Origin: Oligoflexia bacterium
GTDB taxonomy: Bacteria; Bdellovibrionota; Bdellovibrionia; JABDDW01
Reading direction: 5' to 3'
DNA length: 49,282 bases
NCBI GenBank assembly: GCA_043732305.1
Contig: JAYTHU010000239.1
Span: forward strand, 1-49,282
A program made the translations under genes and the position numbers. The notes under the pieces were generated by a model, which saw nothing but the letters and a program-made list of their open reading frames with translations, did no database searches and was not told the origin of the DNA. Positions 18,592 to 29,035 of the stretch are shown here, piece after piece (position 1 is the stretch's first letter; every line of letters starts with the position of its first letter).

Positions 18592-19046
18592 GTCCAGGTG
18601 ATCTGAAATCTTTTTGTGAAAAACTTCATAGGGAGAATCGCAAAATAGTTTTTACAAATGGATGTTTTGATATTCTTCATCTTGGTCACGTGACTTATCT
18701 CGCTCAAGCGAAAGCTCTGGCCGATTTTCTTTTTATTGGACTCAATTCTGATGCCAGTGTGAAAAAACTCAAAGGTCAAGAGCGTCCGGTTCAAAATGAA
18801 AAGGATCGAGAAGTGATTCTGATGAGCCTTAAATCAGTAGACGCGGTTCAAGTTTTCACTGACGACACACCGCTCGAGCTCATTAAAATTATACGACCTC
18901 AGATTCTTGTCAAAGGCGGGGACTGGGATGTGAGTAAAATCGTGGGTCGAGAGTTTGTGGAATCTTACGGCGGGATTTGCAAAAGCCTGCCTTTTGTTCC
19001 CGGTCATTCCACCACCAGCATTTTAGAAAAAATCAAAACACTATAA
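18588..19046 (+). CDS. rfaE2: D-glycero-beta-D-manno-heptose 1-phosphate adenylyltransferase
   Basis: VFTNGCFDILHLGH, GLNSDASV, KGQERP, KGGDW, STTSI. Confidence 0.93.
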   Translation: MSPGDLKSFCEKLHRENRKIVFTNGCFDILHLGHVTYLAQAKALADFLFIGLNSDASVKKLKGQERPVQNEKDREVILMSLKSVDAVQVFTDDTPLELIKIIRPQILVKGGDWDVSKIVGREFVESYGGICKSLPFVPGHSTTSILEKIKTL

Positions 19047-19048
19047 GA

Positions 19049-19783
19049 TTAGAATCTAGCGCCGCATTTAAGTGCGAGCATAATTTTGCTGTACGAATCA
19101 ACTTCGAATGCTGTAAAAAAACTTGAAATACTGACATTGATACCAATGATGGAATGAAAAGTTGTTCCCACTTGATTGGACCTAGTGGAATCAAATGTCA
19201 AATTCGGACTGAACTGGGCTTGGCCGTACAGCACTCCTGTCCCAAAATAAAATGCAAATGGATCCACGTTCACACCCATGATGATATCGGTGCCTTCGGT
19301 TTGCGCGATAAAGTTATTTTCAATATTTACGTTTGATGCATGAGCCAAAAAACTAAAACTCGCTGGAACAAACGTAGCTTGAAAAAAAGTCCAGCGAAGT
19401 CCACCAGAGTAGATTCCCATTCCCGTCGCTTGATCATATGGGATGAAACTGAAGAAAATATCCGTGTTATCAAAAACACCTTTACCGATACTTATCAATG
19501 GATAGGTCAGAGTGCTTTGCTGATCTGTGTGATTTCCATAATAGCTAATATCTGCCGTGGGAATGGTTTGTCCTGAGATTGCAAGTTCAAGTCCGCTATA
19601 ACCGCCAAGTGGATACGGATTGTTTACAGGCCGAAAACTCGTTCCAAAGGCGAGGGTCTGCAGCATGGATTTTTGTTCGTCATTTGACATTCCCGATGGA
19701 AGGCTAATAATCGCCTGTGCGGGATTCGCCCAAACAAATAACAGAATCATTAAAATATGGGTAAAAAATTTTCTGATTGTCAC
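19049..19783 (-). CDS. Hypothetical outer-membrane beta-barrel protein
   Basis: Signal peptide AQA|; alternating beta pattern; C-terminal GARF. Confidence 0.7.
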   Translation of the reverse strand: MTIRKFFTHILMILLFVWANPAQAIISLPSGMSNDEQKSMLQTLAFGTSFRPVNNPYPLGGYSGLELAISGQTIPTADISYYGNHTDQQSTLTYPLISIGKGVFDNTDIFFSFIPYDQATGMGIYSGGLRWTFFQATFVPASFSFLAHASNVNIENNFIAQTEGTDIIMGVNVDPFAFYFGTGVLYGQAQFSPNLTFDSTRSNQVGTTFHSIIGINVSISSFFTAFEVDSYSKIMLALKCGARF

Positions 19784-19836
19784 AGTGAGAATCAGTTTGA
19801 TCTAACACCGTTAAGAAATCAAATTTTATAGTTGAA

Positions 19837-20943
19837 TTAGGAAAGTCCCAATGCGGCTTTGACATCGGTCAATGCCTGTTGGGTTGAGGCAAGTAGACTT
19901 GCGGTCGATTGAGCGGAGACTCCGGTCTTCAAATAGCTGGTAAAGTCCGAAGCAAACAAAGTGAGCCAGGTTTTGGTGGTGGAGGTGATCGTTTGTGGGC
20001 TGCTCTTAACGATCAAAGCAATCTGATCGACCACGTGAGTGACGGCCGTTTTTGTATTTACATCCCCGGTAGAGAGAGACTGAGACATGAGAGGCAAATA
20101 TTGCACATTCGCGTAAACTTGAAGATGCTGAGATGCGAGAGCCTGCACGGCAGAATCGGTTTCGTTGTAAGTTTCATCGGCTAGAATCTGAAATGCTTCT
20201 GCTTGCGGTTCAACCGATGCACCCATCACCGCTAAATTTCTGGCTGCGACATTCTTTGAAGCAGCTAATGCTTTCACCACTTGGTAATATTGGGCGGCAG
20301 TGATTTGTCTTGTTTTGTACATGCTCAAGAAAATTCTGAATTGAGCAGCACTCGGATTTACGAGCAATGTTTTCATCCAGTAACTGATGTCCGCTGTTTG
20401 AGTGGCGCTTCCTAGAGCAGTGATGGTTGCAGGTGCCGATGGTGCTTTTGTAGGTCGGCTCTTAATGTTGACTCCTAATTCAAGTGTCGGAGCTACGGGA
20501 TATTTGAATGAAGGTATCACAGGAGCGAGTGGTGCCACATAGGTTCGTGCTGCGACTGCTTGAGTTTTCTTATCTCCACTCTGTGCTTGTTCCAATTTCT
20601 TTTTGCGATCTTTACGCCGATCTGCATTTTTTTTCTCATTAGCGATTTTCTTTGCGGCTTCGTCAGCAAGTAATTTCAATGCTAATTCTTGACGTCGTTT
20701 GAGTTTTTCCCCCCTGAGATCGGGAGTTTTGAAATGAGGAGGAATAAATTTAAATTTAGGCATACTGATTTGTGCTTGCAGCTTGTTGTCTTTTTCATGA
20801 TTACTGAAAAGTGTGATTATTTTATGAAACGAGTTGGATTCAAAAACATGTTCAGCAGTCTGGGGCATGAATTTCATAATCGACGAAGCCATAAACTTGG
20901 CAGTTAAAATCGTCATGACTAGAATTATAATATACCGCTTCAT
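19837..20943 (-). CDS. Hypothetical protein: N-terminal anchor, basic coiled coil, Pro-rich linker, helical (HEAT-like) C-terminal domain
   Basis: 368-aa ORF; domain layout inferred from composition. Confidence 0.7.
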   Translation of the reverse strand: MKRYIIILVMTILTAKFMASSIMKFMPQTAEHVFESNSFHKIITLFSNHEKDNKLQAQISMPKFKFIPPHFKTPDLRGEKLKRRQELALKLLADEAAKKIANEKKNADRRKDRKKKLEQAQSGDKKTQAVAARTYVAPLAPVIPSFKYPVAPTLELGVNIKSRPTKAPSAPATITALGSATQTADISYWMKTLLVNPSAAQFRIFLSMYKTRQITAAQYYQVVKALAASKNVAARNLAVMGASVEPQAEAFQILADETYNETDSAVQALASQHLQVYANVQYLPLMSQSLSTGDVNTKTAVTHVVDQIALIVKSSPQTITSTTKTWLTLFASDFTSYLKTGVSAQSTASLLASTQQALTDVKAALGLS

Positions 20944-21135
20944 ATGCTCTTACCTCTACACTCTCCTATTACACGCTGGATGCCAAAGCAGGGATTATCT
21001 AAGTCATTGAAACCCTTGTACTTTGCTTGGTCATTGGGGATGCCACAAAGTTCGACACCTGCTCACCACAGTGACAGAGGTGGTCTGAAGGAGATAAAGC
21101 ATTACAAAATCAATGAGTTATGGATTAATCAAAGG

Positions 21136-22047
21136 GTGATAAAAAACGCTCAAAAACGTCTTCTTAAGGCCGCACAAAAGCACGATATCAGAGCTACAGC
21201 TCAGCTTTTGAGCTTTGCCGAGGATCATCTGAGCGAAGCTATTGATTTTCTTTCTGCCGAATCCGGCAATTCAAAACATGTTCCCGCGTTACGAATTGGA
21301 ATCACCGGTCCACCAGGCGCTGGCAAAAGCAGCCTGCTTAATCTTGTTATCAAAATTTTACGTTCCAAAAAACTTCGCGTTGCCGTTTTGGCTGTCGACC
21401 CTTCTTCACCATTTTCTGGCGGAGCGCTCTTAGGTGATCGCGTGCGTATGAATCAACATGCAGAGGATCCGGAAGTTTTCATTCGATCGCTCGGATCACG
21501 CGGAGGATTTGGCGGATTGAGTGTGGCCACGGGAGCCATGGCTAAAATTTTTGAACTGTGTGGCTACGACATTATTTTAATAGAAACTGTTGGCGTCGGA
21601 CAGACCGAATTGGAAATTATGAATTTGGCGGATGCCACTGCGGTGGTTTTGGTTCCGGAAAGCGGAGACGTCATCCAAACTCTCAAAGCCGGAATTTTAG
21701 AAATCGCCGATTGTTTTGTGGTTAACAAAGCCGACAGGCCAGGTGCCGAGGCTTTAGCTGCAGAACTTCACTCACTTGTGGAACAAGAAGGTGATCCTCA
21801 CGACAGTTCTCGACGATCTCGGGAAATTTTCCTCACTTCTGTTTTGGAAAATCGAGGCATTGAAAATTTAGTAGATAGTCTTTTGAAAATGGCTCCGGAA
21901 AATCAAAAAAATATCGCTCGACTGAAGCGTCGCGCTCTTGGAGAACTAAGGCATTTATTGTTGCATAAATTCGAAGAAAAAATAGCGAAGAAAATAAAGA
22001 ATTTAAAATTTACCGATGCCTATTCCGCTTACCGAAAAATAAAATAG
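21136..22047 (+). CDS. meaB: MeaB/ArgK-family GTPase (methylmalonyl-CoA mutase chaperone)
   Basis: IGITGPPGAGKSS, AVDPSSPFSGGALLGDRVRM, IETVGVGQ, KAGILEIAD, VNKAD; start likely GTG 21136 rather than 20944. Confidence 0.92.
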   Translation: MIKNAQKRLLKAAQKHDIRATAQLLSFAEDHLSEAIDFLSAESGNSKHVPALRIGITGPPGAGKSSLLNLVIKILRSKKLRVAVLAVDPSSPFSGGALLGDRVRMNQHAEDPEVFIRSLGSRGGFGGLSVATGAMAKIFELCGYDIILIETVGVGQTELEIMNLADATAVVLVPESGDVIQTLKAGILEIADCFVVNKADRPGAEALAAELHSLVEQEGDPHDSSRRSREIFLTSVLENRGIENLVDSLLKMAPENQKNIARLKRRALGELRHLLLHKFEEKIAKKIKNLKFTDAYSAYRKIK

Positions 22048-22228
22048 TTTCTGGTTCAATGGCTAAAAATGTCTTTTTCTAGATTTTCCATAGCTGTCTT
22101 ATAGTGAGTGCTTTGGCAAAAATAGGGAGTGCCCAATTTGCCGTTGTTCATGACTGCGGTTATCTTCTCAATGCAATCGATTCGATCAAATAAAATTTAA
22201 AAGAGCCGCTGATTTTACAACTATATTT

Positions 22229-24949
22229 TTAAATAAATTCGAACGATTTATCGATGGCTTCTTGTGCTTTTGAAGCATCGGGCCCGGAACCTTGTGCAAA
22301 ATCAGGCCGTCCGCCACCTTTGCCACCCATGACGGCGGCAACTTGTTTCAAAATATTTCCCGCGTGGAATTTATCGGCAATATTTTTGGTGACGTTAACA
22401 ACAATTGGACTATTTGGAGATTCTTCACTTGGAGTTCCAATGAGAATCACAATTCCCGATTGAATTTTGTCTTTGATTTTATCCGAAAGTTCACTGAGAA
22501 GATCTCGGTCAGAGATCTCCACTTTGGAACTCACCACTTGAGTGTCTTTGATTTTTTTAACATTTTTAACAATGTCATCAATGCTGAAGCTTTGGCCTTG
22601 GCTTAAAGAATTTTTGAGATCTTTCTCAAGCTTTTTGATTTGCTCTTGGAGTTTCTGGATTCTTTCAATAACTTTTCCGGGTTCAGTTGTTGCCAGTTTT
22701 AAATTTTCTTCAATCCGAGCAAGTTCGGAATCTCGTTCCTGCATGTAGTTGACAGCCGCGTCCCCGGTAATGGCTTCAATCCGTCTTACACCACTGGAAA
22801 CTCCGCCTTCACGCAGTATTTTGAACAACCGAATGTCACCTGTGTTGTGGACGTGAGTGCCACCGCAAAGCTCGGTAGAAAATTCTCCCATCTTCAGCAC
22901 GCGCACTTCATCTCCGTATTTTTCTCCGAAAAGAGCCATCGCGCCAGTTTTAATAGCGTCTTTATAATTCATAACATTGGATTGAACTGGCTCTGCACGT
23001 GCAATTTCTTTGTTCACCATGGTTTCAACTTTTTTCAGTTCATCCGGTGTGAGAGGTTTTGGTTGAGTGAAATCAAAACGCAGTCGTTGTGGATCGACGG
23101 AACTTCCAGCTTGCGAAATATGATCGCCTAAAACTTTTCTCAGTGCCGCATGCAACAGGTGAGTTGCGCTGTGGTTGCGCTGAGTGTTTCTGCGTTCATG
23201 AGAAACTTCTAACGATATGGTGTCACCAGATTTAATGCTTCCCGATTTGACTTCAACAAAATGCAAAAAGACATCATTCAGTTTCTTAGTTTCATGAATT
23301 TCAAAAAATAAAGTTTTTGGTGCGGTGGGATTGCTTCCGCTAATATAACCTGTCCCGTGATCGCCAATTTGTCCGCCGCCTTCAGCATAAAATGGAGATT
23401 GGTCTACGACTAACACACCTTGCTCTTTAAGCTCCGCGACATTCTCCCCATTCGCGTAAAGTCCTAGAACCTTGCTGCTGGATTGCAGAGTGTCGTAACC
23501 GAGAAACTTTGTGGCAGGGATGCCTTGGGTTGCTTTCATCAACTGTCCAATGCCTTCGCTGCCCTTGGAAGAAAACTTTCCGCTCGCTTTGGCTGTTTCT
23601 TTTTGTTTGGTCATCGCTTGTTCAAATTCAGCCTCATTAATAGTGAGGCCTCGTTCTTCCGCCATGATTCTTGTGAGGTCGGCGGGAAATCCAAATGTGT
23701 CATAAAGTTTAAAAACAATTTCACCAGACAAGGATTTCTTAACCACGCCACTGTTCGAAACTATCACTTCCGTGATATTGCTTTTGTCGGTGATGGCTTT
23801 GTTAAATAATTCTGTGCCGAGGTCAAGTGTTGTGAGAAAGCGCTCTTCTTCCGTTGCGACGGAATTCAAAATAAAATTTTCGCGCTGTTTTAATTCTGGA
23901 TAAAAATCTCCCATGATCCGAATGACTTCTTTGACGGTGGGGAGGATCAATGTTTGATGAGAAAGTTTTCGGCCGTATCTGATTCCACGACGCATGATTC
24001 TTCTTAGAACGTAACCCTGTCCTTCGTTAGAGGGAATGGTTCCATCGGCAATCAAAAAAGCAGCCGCGCGTGAGTGATCGGCAAGCACTCGCATAGCAAC
24101 ATTGATGTCTTCATTGCTCGCTGAAACCTCTTTGTTGAATTGCGAGGATAGATATTTTTTTCCAGAAACTTTCTCAATCACTTTGAACAGATCCAAAAAA
24201 ATATCTGTGTCGTAGTTGCTGGCCACTTTTTGCATGGCCGCCGCGAGGCGCTCTAAACCAGCGCCGGTGTCCACTGAAGGTTTTGGAAGTGGATTAAGTT
24301 TTCCGTTTTCATCTTTGTTGTATTGCATGAAAACCAGATTCCAAATTTCGACAAATCGATCGCATGAGCAACCTACTTTGCATCTTTTTTGATCAGGGCA
24401 ATTGGCTTGTGGACCATGATCATAAAATATTTCGCTGCAAGGACCGCAAGGGCCGGTGTCGGCCATTTGCCAGAAATTATCTTTTTCGTCGAATCGAGAA
24501 ATACGTTCGGCGGGAACGTTTTCTTGTTTGTTCCAAATTTCAAACGCTTCGTCGTCGTCTCGGAAAACCGTGACGGATAATTTTTCTTTGGGAATTTTAA
24601 AATCAACTGTCAAAAGATCCCAAGCAAAATGAATGGCTTCTTTTTTAAAATAATCTCCGAAGGAAAAATTCCCCATCATTTCAAAAAAAGTATGATGGCG
24701 AGCCGTGTGCCCGACGTTATCTAAGTCATTGTGTTTTCCACCAGCGCGCACACATTTCTGTGCCGTGGTGGCACGGGTGTAAGGGCGTTTGTCGAACCCC
24801 AAAAACACATTTTTAAATTGCACCATTCCCGAATTTACAAAAAGTAGGGTGGGGTCGTTGTCTGGTACAAGCCGTGAGCTCGGAACCAGCTGGTGGCCTT
24901 GGCGCTTAAAATAATCTACGAATTTTAATCTAACTTCGGATGTTTTCAT
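22229..24949 (-). CDS. alaS: Alanine--tRNA ligase
   Basis: DPTLLFVNSGM, RHHTFFEMMGNFSFGDYFK, NHSATHLLH, ELCGGTHV, GGKGGGRPDFAQG. Confidence 0.99.
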   Translation of the reverse strand: MKTSEVRLKFVDYFKRQGHQLVPSSRLVPDNDPTLLFVNSGMVQFKNVFLGFDKRPYTRATTAQKCVRAGGKHNDLDNVGHTARHHTFFEMMGNFSFGDYFKKEAIHFAWDLLTVDFKIPKEKLSVTVFRDDDEAFEIWNKQENVPAERISRFDEKDNFWQMADTGPCGPCSEIFYDHGPQANCPDQKRCKVGCSCDRFVEIWNLVFMQYNKDENGKLNPLPKPSVDTGAGLERLAAAMQKVASNYDTDIFLDLFKVIEKVSGKKYLSSQFNKEVSASNEDINVAMRVLADHSRAAAFLIADGTIPSNEGQGYVLRRIMRRGIRYGRKLSHQTLILPTVKEVIRIMGDFYPELKQRENFILNSVATEEERFLTTLDLGTELFNKAITDKSNITEVIVSNSGVVKKSLSGEIVFKLYDTFGFPADLTRIMAEERGLTINEAEFEQAMTKQKETAKASGKFSSKGSEGIGQLMKATQGIPATKFLGYDTLQSSSKVLGLYANGENVAELKEQGVLVVDQSPFYAEGGGQIGDHGTGYISGSNPTAPKTLFFEIHETKKLNDVFLHFVEVKSGSIKSGDTISLEVSHERRNTQRNHSATHLLHAALRKVLGDHISQAGSSVDPQRLRFDFTQPKPLTPDELKKVETMVNKEIARAEPVQSNVMNYKDAIKTGAMALFGEKYGDEVRVLKMGEFSTELCGGTHVHNTGDIRLFKILREGGVSSGVRRIEAITGDAAVNYMQERDSELARIEENLKLATTEPGKVIERIQKLQEQIKKLEKDLKNSLSQGQSFSIDDIVKNVKKIKDTQVVSSKVEISDRDLLSELSDKIKDKIQSGIVILIGTPSEESPNSPIVVNVTKNIADKFHAGNILKQVAAVMGGKGGGRPDFAQGSGPDASKAQEAIDKSFEFI

Positions 24950-25431
24950 TTCAGCAATTCTCTCACAGTTTCATAGGAAAATCCACGGGTTGTCATGCGT
25001 CTCATCATGGTCTGTTTTTCATCCCGATCAAGCTCTGAAACCTGCTTGCCTCGAAGTTTTTTATCGAGAAATATACGAGCAGCTTCTTTTTCGCCATCAC
25101 GGTTAGTAAGTGAATCCCCGATCGTGCCATCTTCCTGTTCTGTAGGCTCGGTCTTGATTCCTTTTTGACGGAGTTTTCCACTTATGTACTTCTTGCTTCG
25201 GCCTTCAGAGCGATATTTTTTAATAAGTCTTTCGGCCATGACGGATTCGTCGACCAAATAGCCAAGCTTTTGCAGCCATTCGAGAGCAAGTTGAAAATCT
25301 TCTTCCGTGTAATCATTTTTCACGCGAAGTTTCTGCCGAAGTTCGAAAACGGAGTGATCTCGCTTTGAGATTCGCCAGAGAAGCTTATTTTTCACTTGTT
25401 GCAAAGTGATTTTTTTTCTTTCGAAAGCCAT
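24946..25431 (-). CDS. recX: Recombination regulator RecX
   Basis: RDHSVFELRQKL, LGYLVD, KLRQKGI, RGFS; lies between recA and alaS. Confidence 0.88.
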   Translation of the reverse strand: MAFERKKITLQQVKNKLLWRISKRDHSVFELRQKLRVKNDYTEEDFQLALEWLQKLGYLVDESVMAERLIKKYRSEGRSKKYISGKLRQKGIKTEPTEQEDGTIGDSLTNRDGEKEAARIFLDKKLRGKQVSELDRDEKQTMMRRMTTRGFSYETVRELLK

Positions 25432-25452
25432 ATTTTTTCAATTCACCTTAAT

Positions 25453-25485
25453 AAAAAACCCCGACTGTTTCCAGCCGGGGCTTTT
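25453..25485 (-). terminator. Intrinsic terminator between recA and recX
   Basis: Minus strand AGCCCCGGCTG-GAAA-CAGTCGGGG-TTTTTT. Confidence 0.85.
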
Positions 25486-25508
25486 AGCTTTTCAGTATAT
25501 CTTGATAC

Positions 25509-26678
25509 TTAGTGCTTTTTAGCCGGGGCTGTTTTTTCAGCTGATGCCGCTGCCGCTTTAGCTACTGGTGGAACGGGTGTTCCTCTTGAAGCTGCGGTAA
25601 CGATCACTGGCGCATTCATAGTTTCCTGTGCTGCTTTTGCAGCTGCGACCGAAGCCGCGGCAGCGGTAGCTTTACCGATTTTATGTTTTGCCAAAACTTC
25701 TTCGCGAATCGTTTCTGCTAGCTTGGGATTTTCCTTCAGCATTTGCTTCACCGAATCACGACCCTGTCCTAAACGTTCGCCTTTGTAGCTGAACCATGAA
25801 CCTGATTTCTCCACGATGTTCTCATTGGACGCGAGATCCAGAATATCTCCTTCGCGACTGATGCCTTCACCGTACATGATATCAAATTCAACATTTCTAA
25901 ACGGAGGAGCCATTTTATTTTTAACAACCTTGACGGAAGTTCTATTGCCGACGACCTGTTCAGCGTTTTTGATTGCGCCAATGCGACGAATATCTAATCG
26001 AACAGACGAATAGAATTTCAGAGCATTTCCGCCGGTGGTGGTTTCAGGATTTCCGAACATCACACCAATCTTCATACGAATTTGGTTGATGAAAATAACC
26101 AGGGTTTTGGATCTGGAAATTGTTCCTGTTAATTTTCTCAAAGCTTGAGACATCAAACGAGCTTGAAGACCCATATGACTGTCTCCCATTTCGCCTTCAA
26201 TTTCAGCGCGAGGTGTAAGAGCGGCCACCGAATCGATAACTAAAATATCGATTGCGCCAGAGCGAACAAGTGTTTCAACAATTTCAAGAGCTTGCTCACC
26301 AGTGTCTGGTTGAGAGATCAAGAGATCATCTGTTTTAACGCCAAGTTTGCGAGCGTAAGTGACATCAAGTGCATGTTCAGCATCGACAAAAGCCGCGATA
26401 CCGCCAGCTTTTTGTGCTTCAGCAATGGCATGAAGAGTCAGTGTTGTTTTACCAGAACTCTCGGGCCCATAAATTTCAACGATTCGACCGCGGGGTAATC
26501 CGCCGATACCAAGAGCGATATCCAGCGCGAGTGAACCCGTGCTGATGGTTTCAACTTCTGCACCAGAGATATGTTCGTTAGCTCCAAGTCGCATGATAGA
26601 ACCTTTACCGAATTGTTTTTCGATAGCACCTACTGCGAGTTCAAGGGCCTTTTCTCTTTCTGTTGTTGGATTTGCCAT
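25509..26678 (-). CDS. recA: Recombinase RecA
   Basis: [44 protein letters not shown]. Confidence 0.99.
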   Translation of the reverse strand: MANPTTEREKALELAVGAIEKQFGKGSIMRLGANEHISGAEVETISTGSLALDIALGIGGLPRGRIVEIYGPESSGKTTLTLHAIAEAQKAGGIAAFVDAEHALDVTYARKLGVKTDDLLISQPDTGEQALEIVETLVRSGAIDILVIDSVAALTPRAEIEGEMGDSHMGLQARLMSQALRKLTGTISRSKTLVIFINQIRMKIGVMFGNPETTTGGNALKFYSSVRLDIRRIGAIKNAEQVVGNRTSVKVVKNKMAPPFRNVEFDIMYGEGISREGDILDLASNENIVEKSGSWFSYKGERLGQGRDSVKQMLKENPKLAETIREEVLAKHKIGKATAAAASVAAAKAAQETMNAPVIVTAASRGTPVPPVAKAAAASAEKTAPAKKH

Positions 26679-26704
26679 TTACGAATGCCTCCTTTATGGG
26701 GACG

Positions 26705-27193
26705 TTAAGATTTTAAACTTTTTAAAAGCAGTTGGAGGGCAAACTCCGTCGCCTGCTTTTGAACTTTCGTTCGGGATCCTTTGAAGACCTTGCGAGCACT
26801 CAATTCAAAACTTGGGCCAACAATTCCAAAGTGCACAAGTCCTACGGGTTTGTCAGGCGTTCCACCAGTTGGACCAGCGATGCCGGTCAGTGATAAAGCC
26901 CAATCAACTTTTAATGCTTTTTTCGCCCCTTTTGCCATAGCTATTGCCACTGGCTCAGAGACGGCCCCGTGCTTTTTGAGCACCCCTTTTTTCACCCCCA
27001 ATAAATCATGCTTTGTTTGGTTTGCATAGCAAACAAGGCCGCCGAAAAAATATTTAGATGACCCGGAACGGGCCGTGACAGCGGCTGACGCCTGTCCACC
27101 GGTGCAACTTTCCGCAAAGCCAAGTGTTAACTTGCGCTTAACAAATTGCGTTGCAATTTTTTTTACTAAGTTTACGACTTTAAGATGCGGCAT
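26705..27193 (-). CDS. cinA: CinA C-terminal domain protein (NMN amidohydrolase, PncC-like)
   Basis: AESCTGG, GSSKYF, GAVSE, TGIAGPTGGTPDKPVGLV. Confidence 0.9.
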   Translation of the reverse strand: MPHLKVVNLVKKIATQFVKRKLTLGFAESCTGGQASAAVTARSGSSKYFFGGLVCYANQTKHDLLGVKKGVLKKHGAVSEPVAIAMAKGAKKALKVDWALSLTGIAGPTGGTPDKPVGLVHFGIVGPSFELSARKVFKGSRTKVQKQATEFALQLLLKSLKS

Positions 27194-27264
27194 GCTGTTT
27201 TCTCCAATTCCGGCCGAGATCCGGATATTTTCGGACTTCGGTCAAAAACCTATCAGACTAACCA

Positions 27265-27807
27265 TTAGACGAGTTGAAGACCGAGCCAATTTGTTTTGGC
27301 GTAGATCAATTGCAAAATAATATTTGCGAAAATTCCTGCGAGCACATCATCCATCACCACGCCAATTCCGCCAGGAAGTTTTCGCTCGAAATATTTTATC
27401 GGCCCTAGTTTAAGAATGTCAAAAAATCGAAAAAGAATAAATCCTAACACGACGGTTTGCCAAGTGCGGGGAAGCCACAAAACAGTCACTATAAATCCCG
27501 CTACTTCATCAATGACGATTTTTTGAGAATCGACTTCGCCAAATAGGGGACCTGCCAGCTCTGCAATAATGCAAGCGCCAAGGACAAAGAAAAATATAAA
27601 CAGCATGGACTGAAGATCTTGGTGGTAGGTGAACCACCAAAATAATGGGATGCCTAAAAGAGTTCCAAATGTTCCAGGAGCCTTAGGTATAAAGCCCAGC
27701 CCAAACCCGCTGGCAATGTACTTAATAAAGGTACGCCGTACCACCCCCGGAACTATACGAACTATGAGATCGCTCACGGCTCCGGATATGGTACGGCGTA
27801 CCCTCAT
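27265..27807 (-). CDS. pgpA: Phosphatidylglycerophosphatase A (alternative start GTG 27744)
   Basis: GFGLGFIPKAPGTFGTL, KIVIDEVAG, FRFFDILK, GGIGVVMDDVLAG. Confidence 0.93.
   Translation of the reverse strand: MRVRRTISGAVSDLIVRIVPGVVRRTFIKYIASGFGLGFIPKAPGTFGTLLGIPLFWWFTYHQDLQSMLFIFFFVLGACIIAELAGPLFGEVDSQKIVIDEVAGFIVTVLWLPRTWQTVVLGFILFRFFDILKLGPIKYFERKLPGGIGVVMDDVLAGIFANIILQLIYAKTNWLGLQLV
27728..27804. repeat. REP/MITE-like inverted-repeat element built from two palindromes
   Basis: GGTACGCCGTACC (27730..27742) and its exact reverse complement GGTACGGCGTACC (27790..27802); the arms extend inward via CCGGA/TCCGG. Confidence 0.6.
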
Positions 27808-29000
27808 ATGAATTTTCCGTGCAGTGTTTGGATAGCTTTTTCGCGCGCGTCTTTTAACACAAGAAATGTCAGGCTAAGGGGTGAGATAATTAAGGCCTCA
27901 GGAATAATATTTGCTGATTTCAAGCTGGCACTAGCTTCGAAAGCCACTTGTGAATTCACGAGCCCGCGCCCAGTCAGTGTGACAGTGTTCCAAGCGTCTG
28001 ATAGCTCTCCGTCTGCACCAATAGATTGAGATATGCCTCGGGCTAAATTATCAAAATTTTCTTCAGGCAATCCTAAGAAAACTTCTATGCCTCCAGATGT
28101 TTTTCGTTGGTAAATAATTTGGGGCGTGGCCATTCCCACAGACTTAATACTTTTTGCGATAATTTCTAAAGCGCTGGTTAAATCGAAAATATTTTTTAAA
28201 TTGAGGCAGGCCACTTGAGTGTTGGAGTTGACGGCTATAACTTTAGTTTGCTCCATTGCATTTTCCTTTTTTGACTTAATTAAAGTGCCTGGTCCCATTT
28301 CTAAACTGAGATTGACGGTGATAGGAATTTGATAACGTTCGGCAAGTTCCACACTTCGGAAATGTAAAACGCTTGCGCCCCAGTAAGTCATTTCGAGTGC
28401 GAGATCATATTCAATTTCGGGAATTTGAACGCAGCCTAAATTTTCGATTCGAGGATCGCCGGTGAAGATTCCTTCCACGTCGGTTAAAATATCACAGCGT
28501 GAGGCTTGAAAAGCTGCGGCCATTGCTACAGCAGTGGTGTCACTGCCTCCTCGACCAAGTGTAGTGACTTCTTTTGTGAGAGGATTTACACCTTGAAATC
28601 CTGCAATGATCACCACTCGCCTGCGCGCAATTTCTTCTTTCACGCGAATAGCTTTGATGTCGTTGATGCGCGCATTTGCGTGACTTGAGTCTGTGAAAAC
28701 CCCGCTTTGAGATCCGGTGAAGCTGATTGCTTCCACATCCATGGAGTTGAGCGCGATGGCAAGCATTGCCATGGAAATTCTTTCACCGGCCGAAAGCAGC
28801 ATATCCATTTCGCGCTGAATAGGAGTTGTGGTAATTTTTCGAGTGAGTTCAATCAAAGTGTCAGTTGTGTCGCCCATCGCAGAAACAACCACGATGAGAT
28901 CATGGTTCTGCTCTTTGAGTTTTTTCAAATTCTTAGCGATGGCGAGAATTTTTTCGGGGGAGCTCAAAGAGCTTCCGCCATATTTTTTAATGATGAGCAT
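27804..29000 (-). CDS. lysC: Aspartate kinase
   Basis: KYGGSS, VVSAMGDTTD, LLSAGE, VIIAGFQG, TTLGRGGSDTTA, TDVEGIFTGDPR; ACT-like C-terminus. Confidence 0.95.
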   Translation of the reverse strand: MLIIKKYGGSSLSSPEKILAIAKNLKKLKEQNHDLIVVVSAMGDTTDTLIELTRKITTTPIQREMDMLLSAGERISMAMLAIALNSMDVEAISFTGSQSGVFTDSSHANARINDIKAIRVKEEIARRRVVIIAGFQGVNPLTKEVTTLGRGGSDTTAVAMAAAFQASRCDILTDVEGIFTGDPRIENLGCVQIPEIEYDLALEMTYWGASVLHFRSVELAERYQIPITVNLSLEMGPGTLIKSKKENAMEQTKVIAVNSNTQVACLNLKNIFDLTSALEIIAKSIKSVGMATPQIIYQRKTSGGIEVFLGLPEENFDNLARGISQSIGADGELSDAWNTVTLTGRGLVNSQVAFEASASLKSANIIPEALIISPLSLTFLVLKDAREKAIQTLHGKFI

Positions 29001-29006
29001 GGAATG

Positions 29007-29035
29007 AAATTAAGATATTTCTAGGTTCTTTGCAA
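29007..29035 (-). promoter_or_regulatory. sigma70-like promoter giving a probably leaderless lysC mRNA
   Basis: TTGCAA-N17-TAATTT-N6-ATG, no SD. Confidence 0.5.

Noticed and set aside
20944..21135. N-terminal extension of meaB in the ORF track
   Set aside because: It would leave no room for the divergent promoters and shows no MeaB similarity
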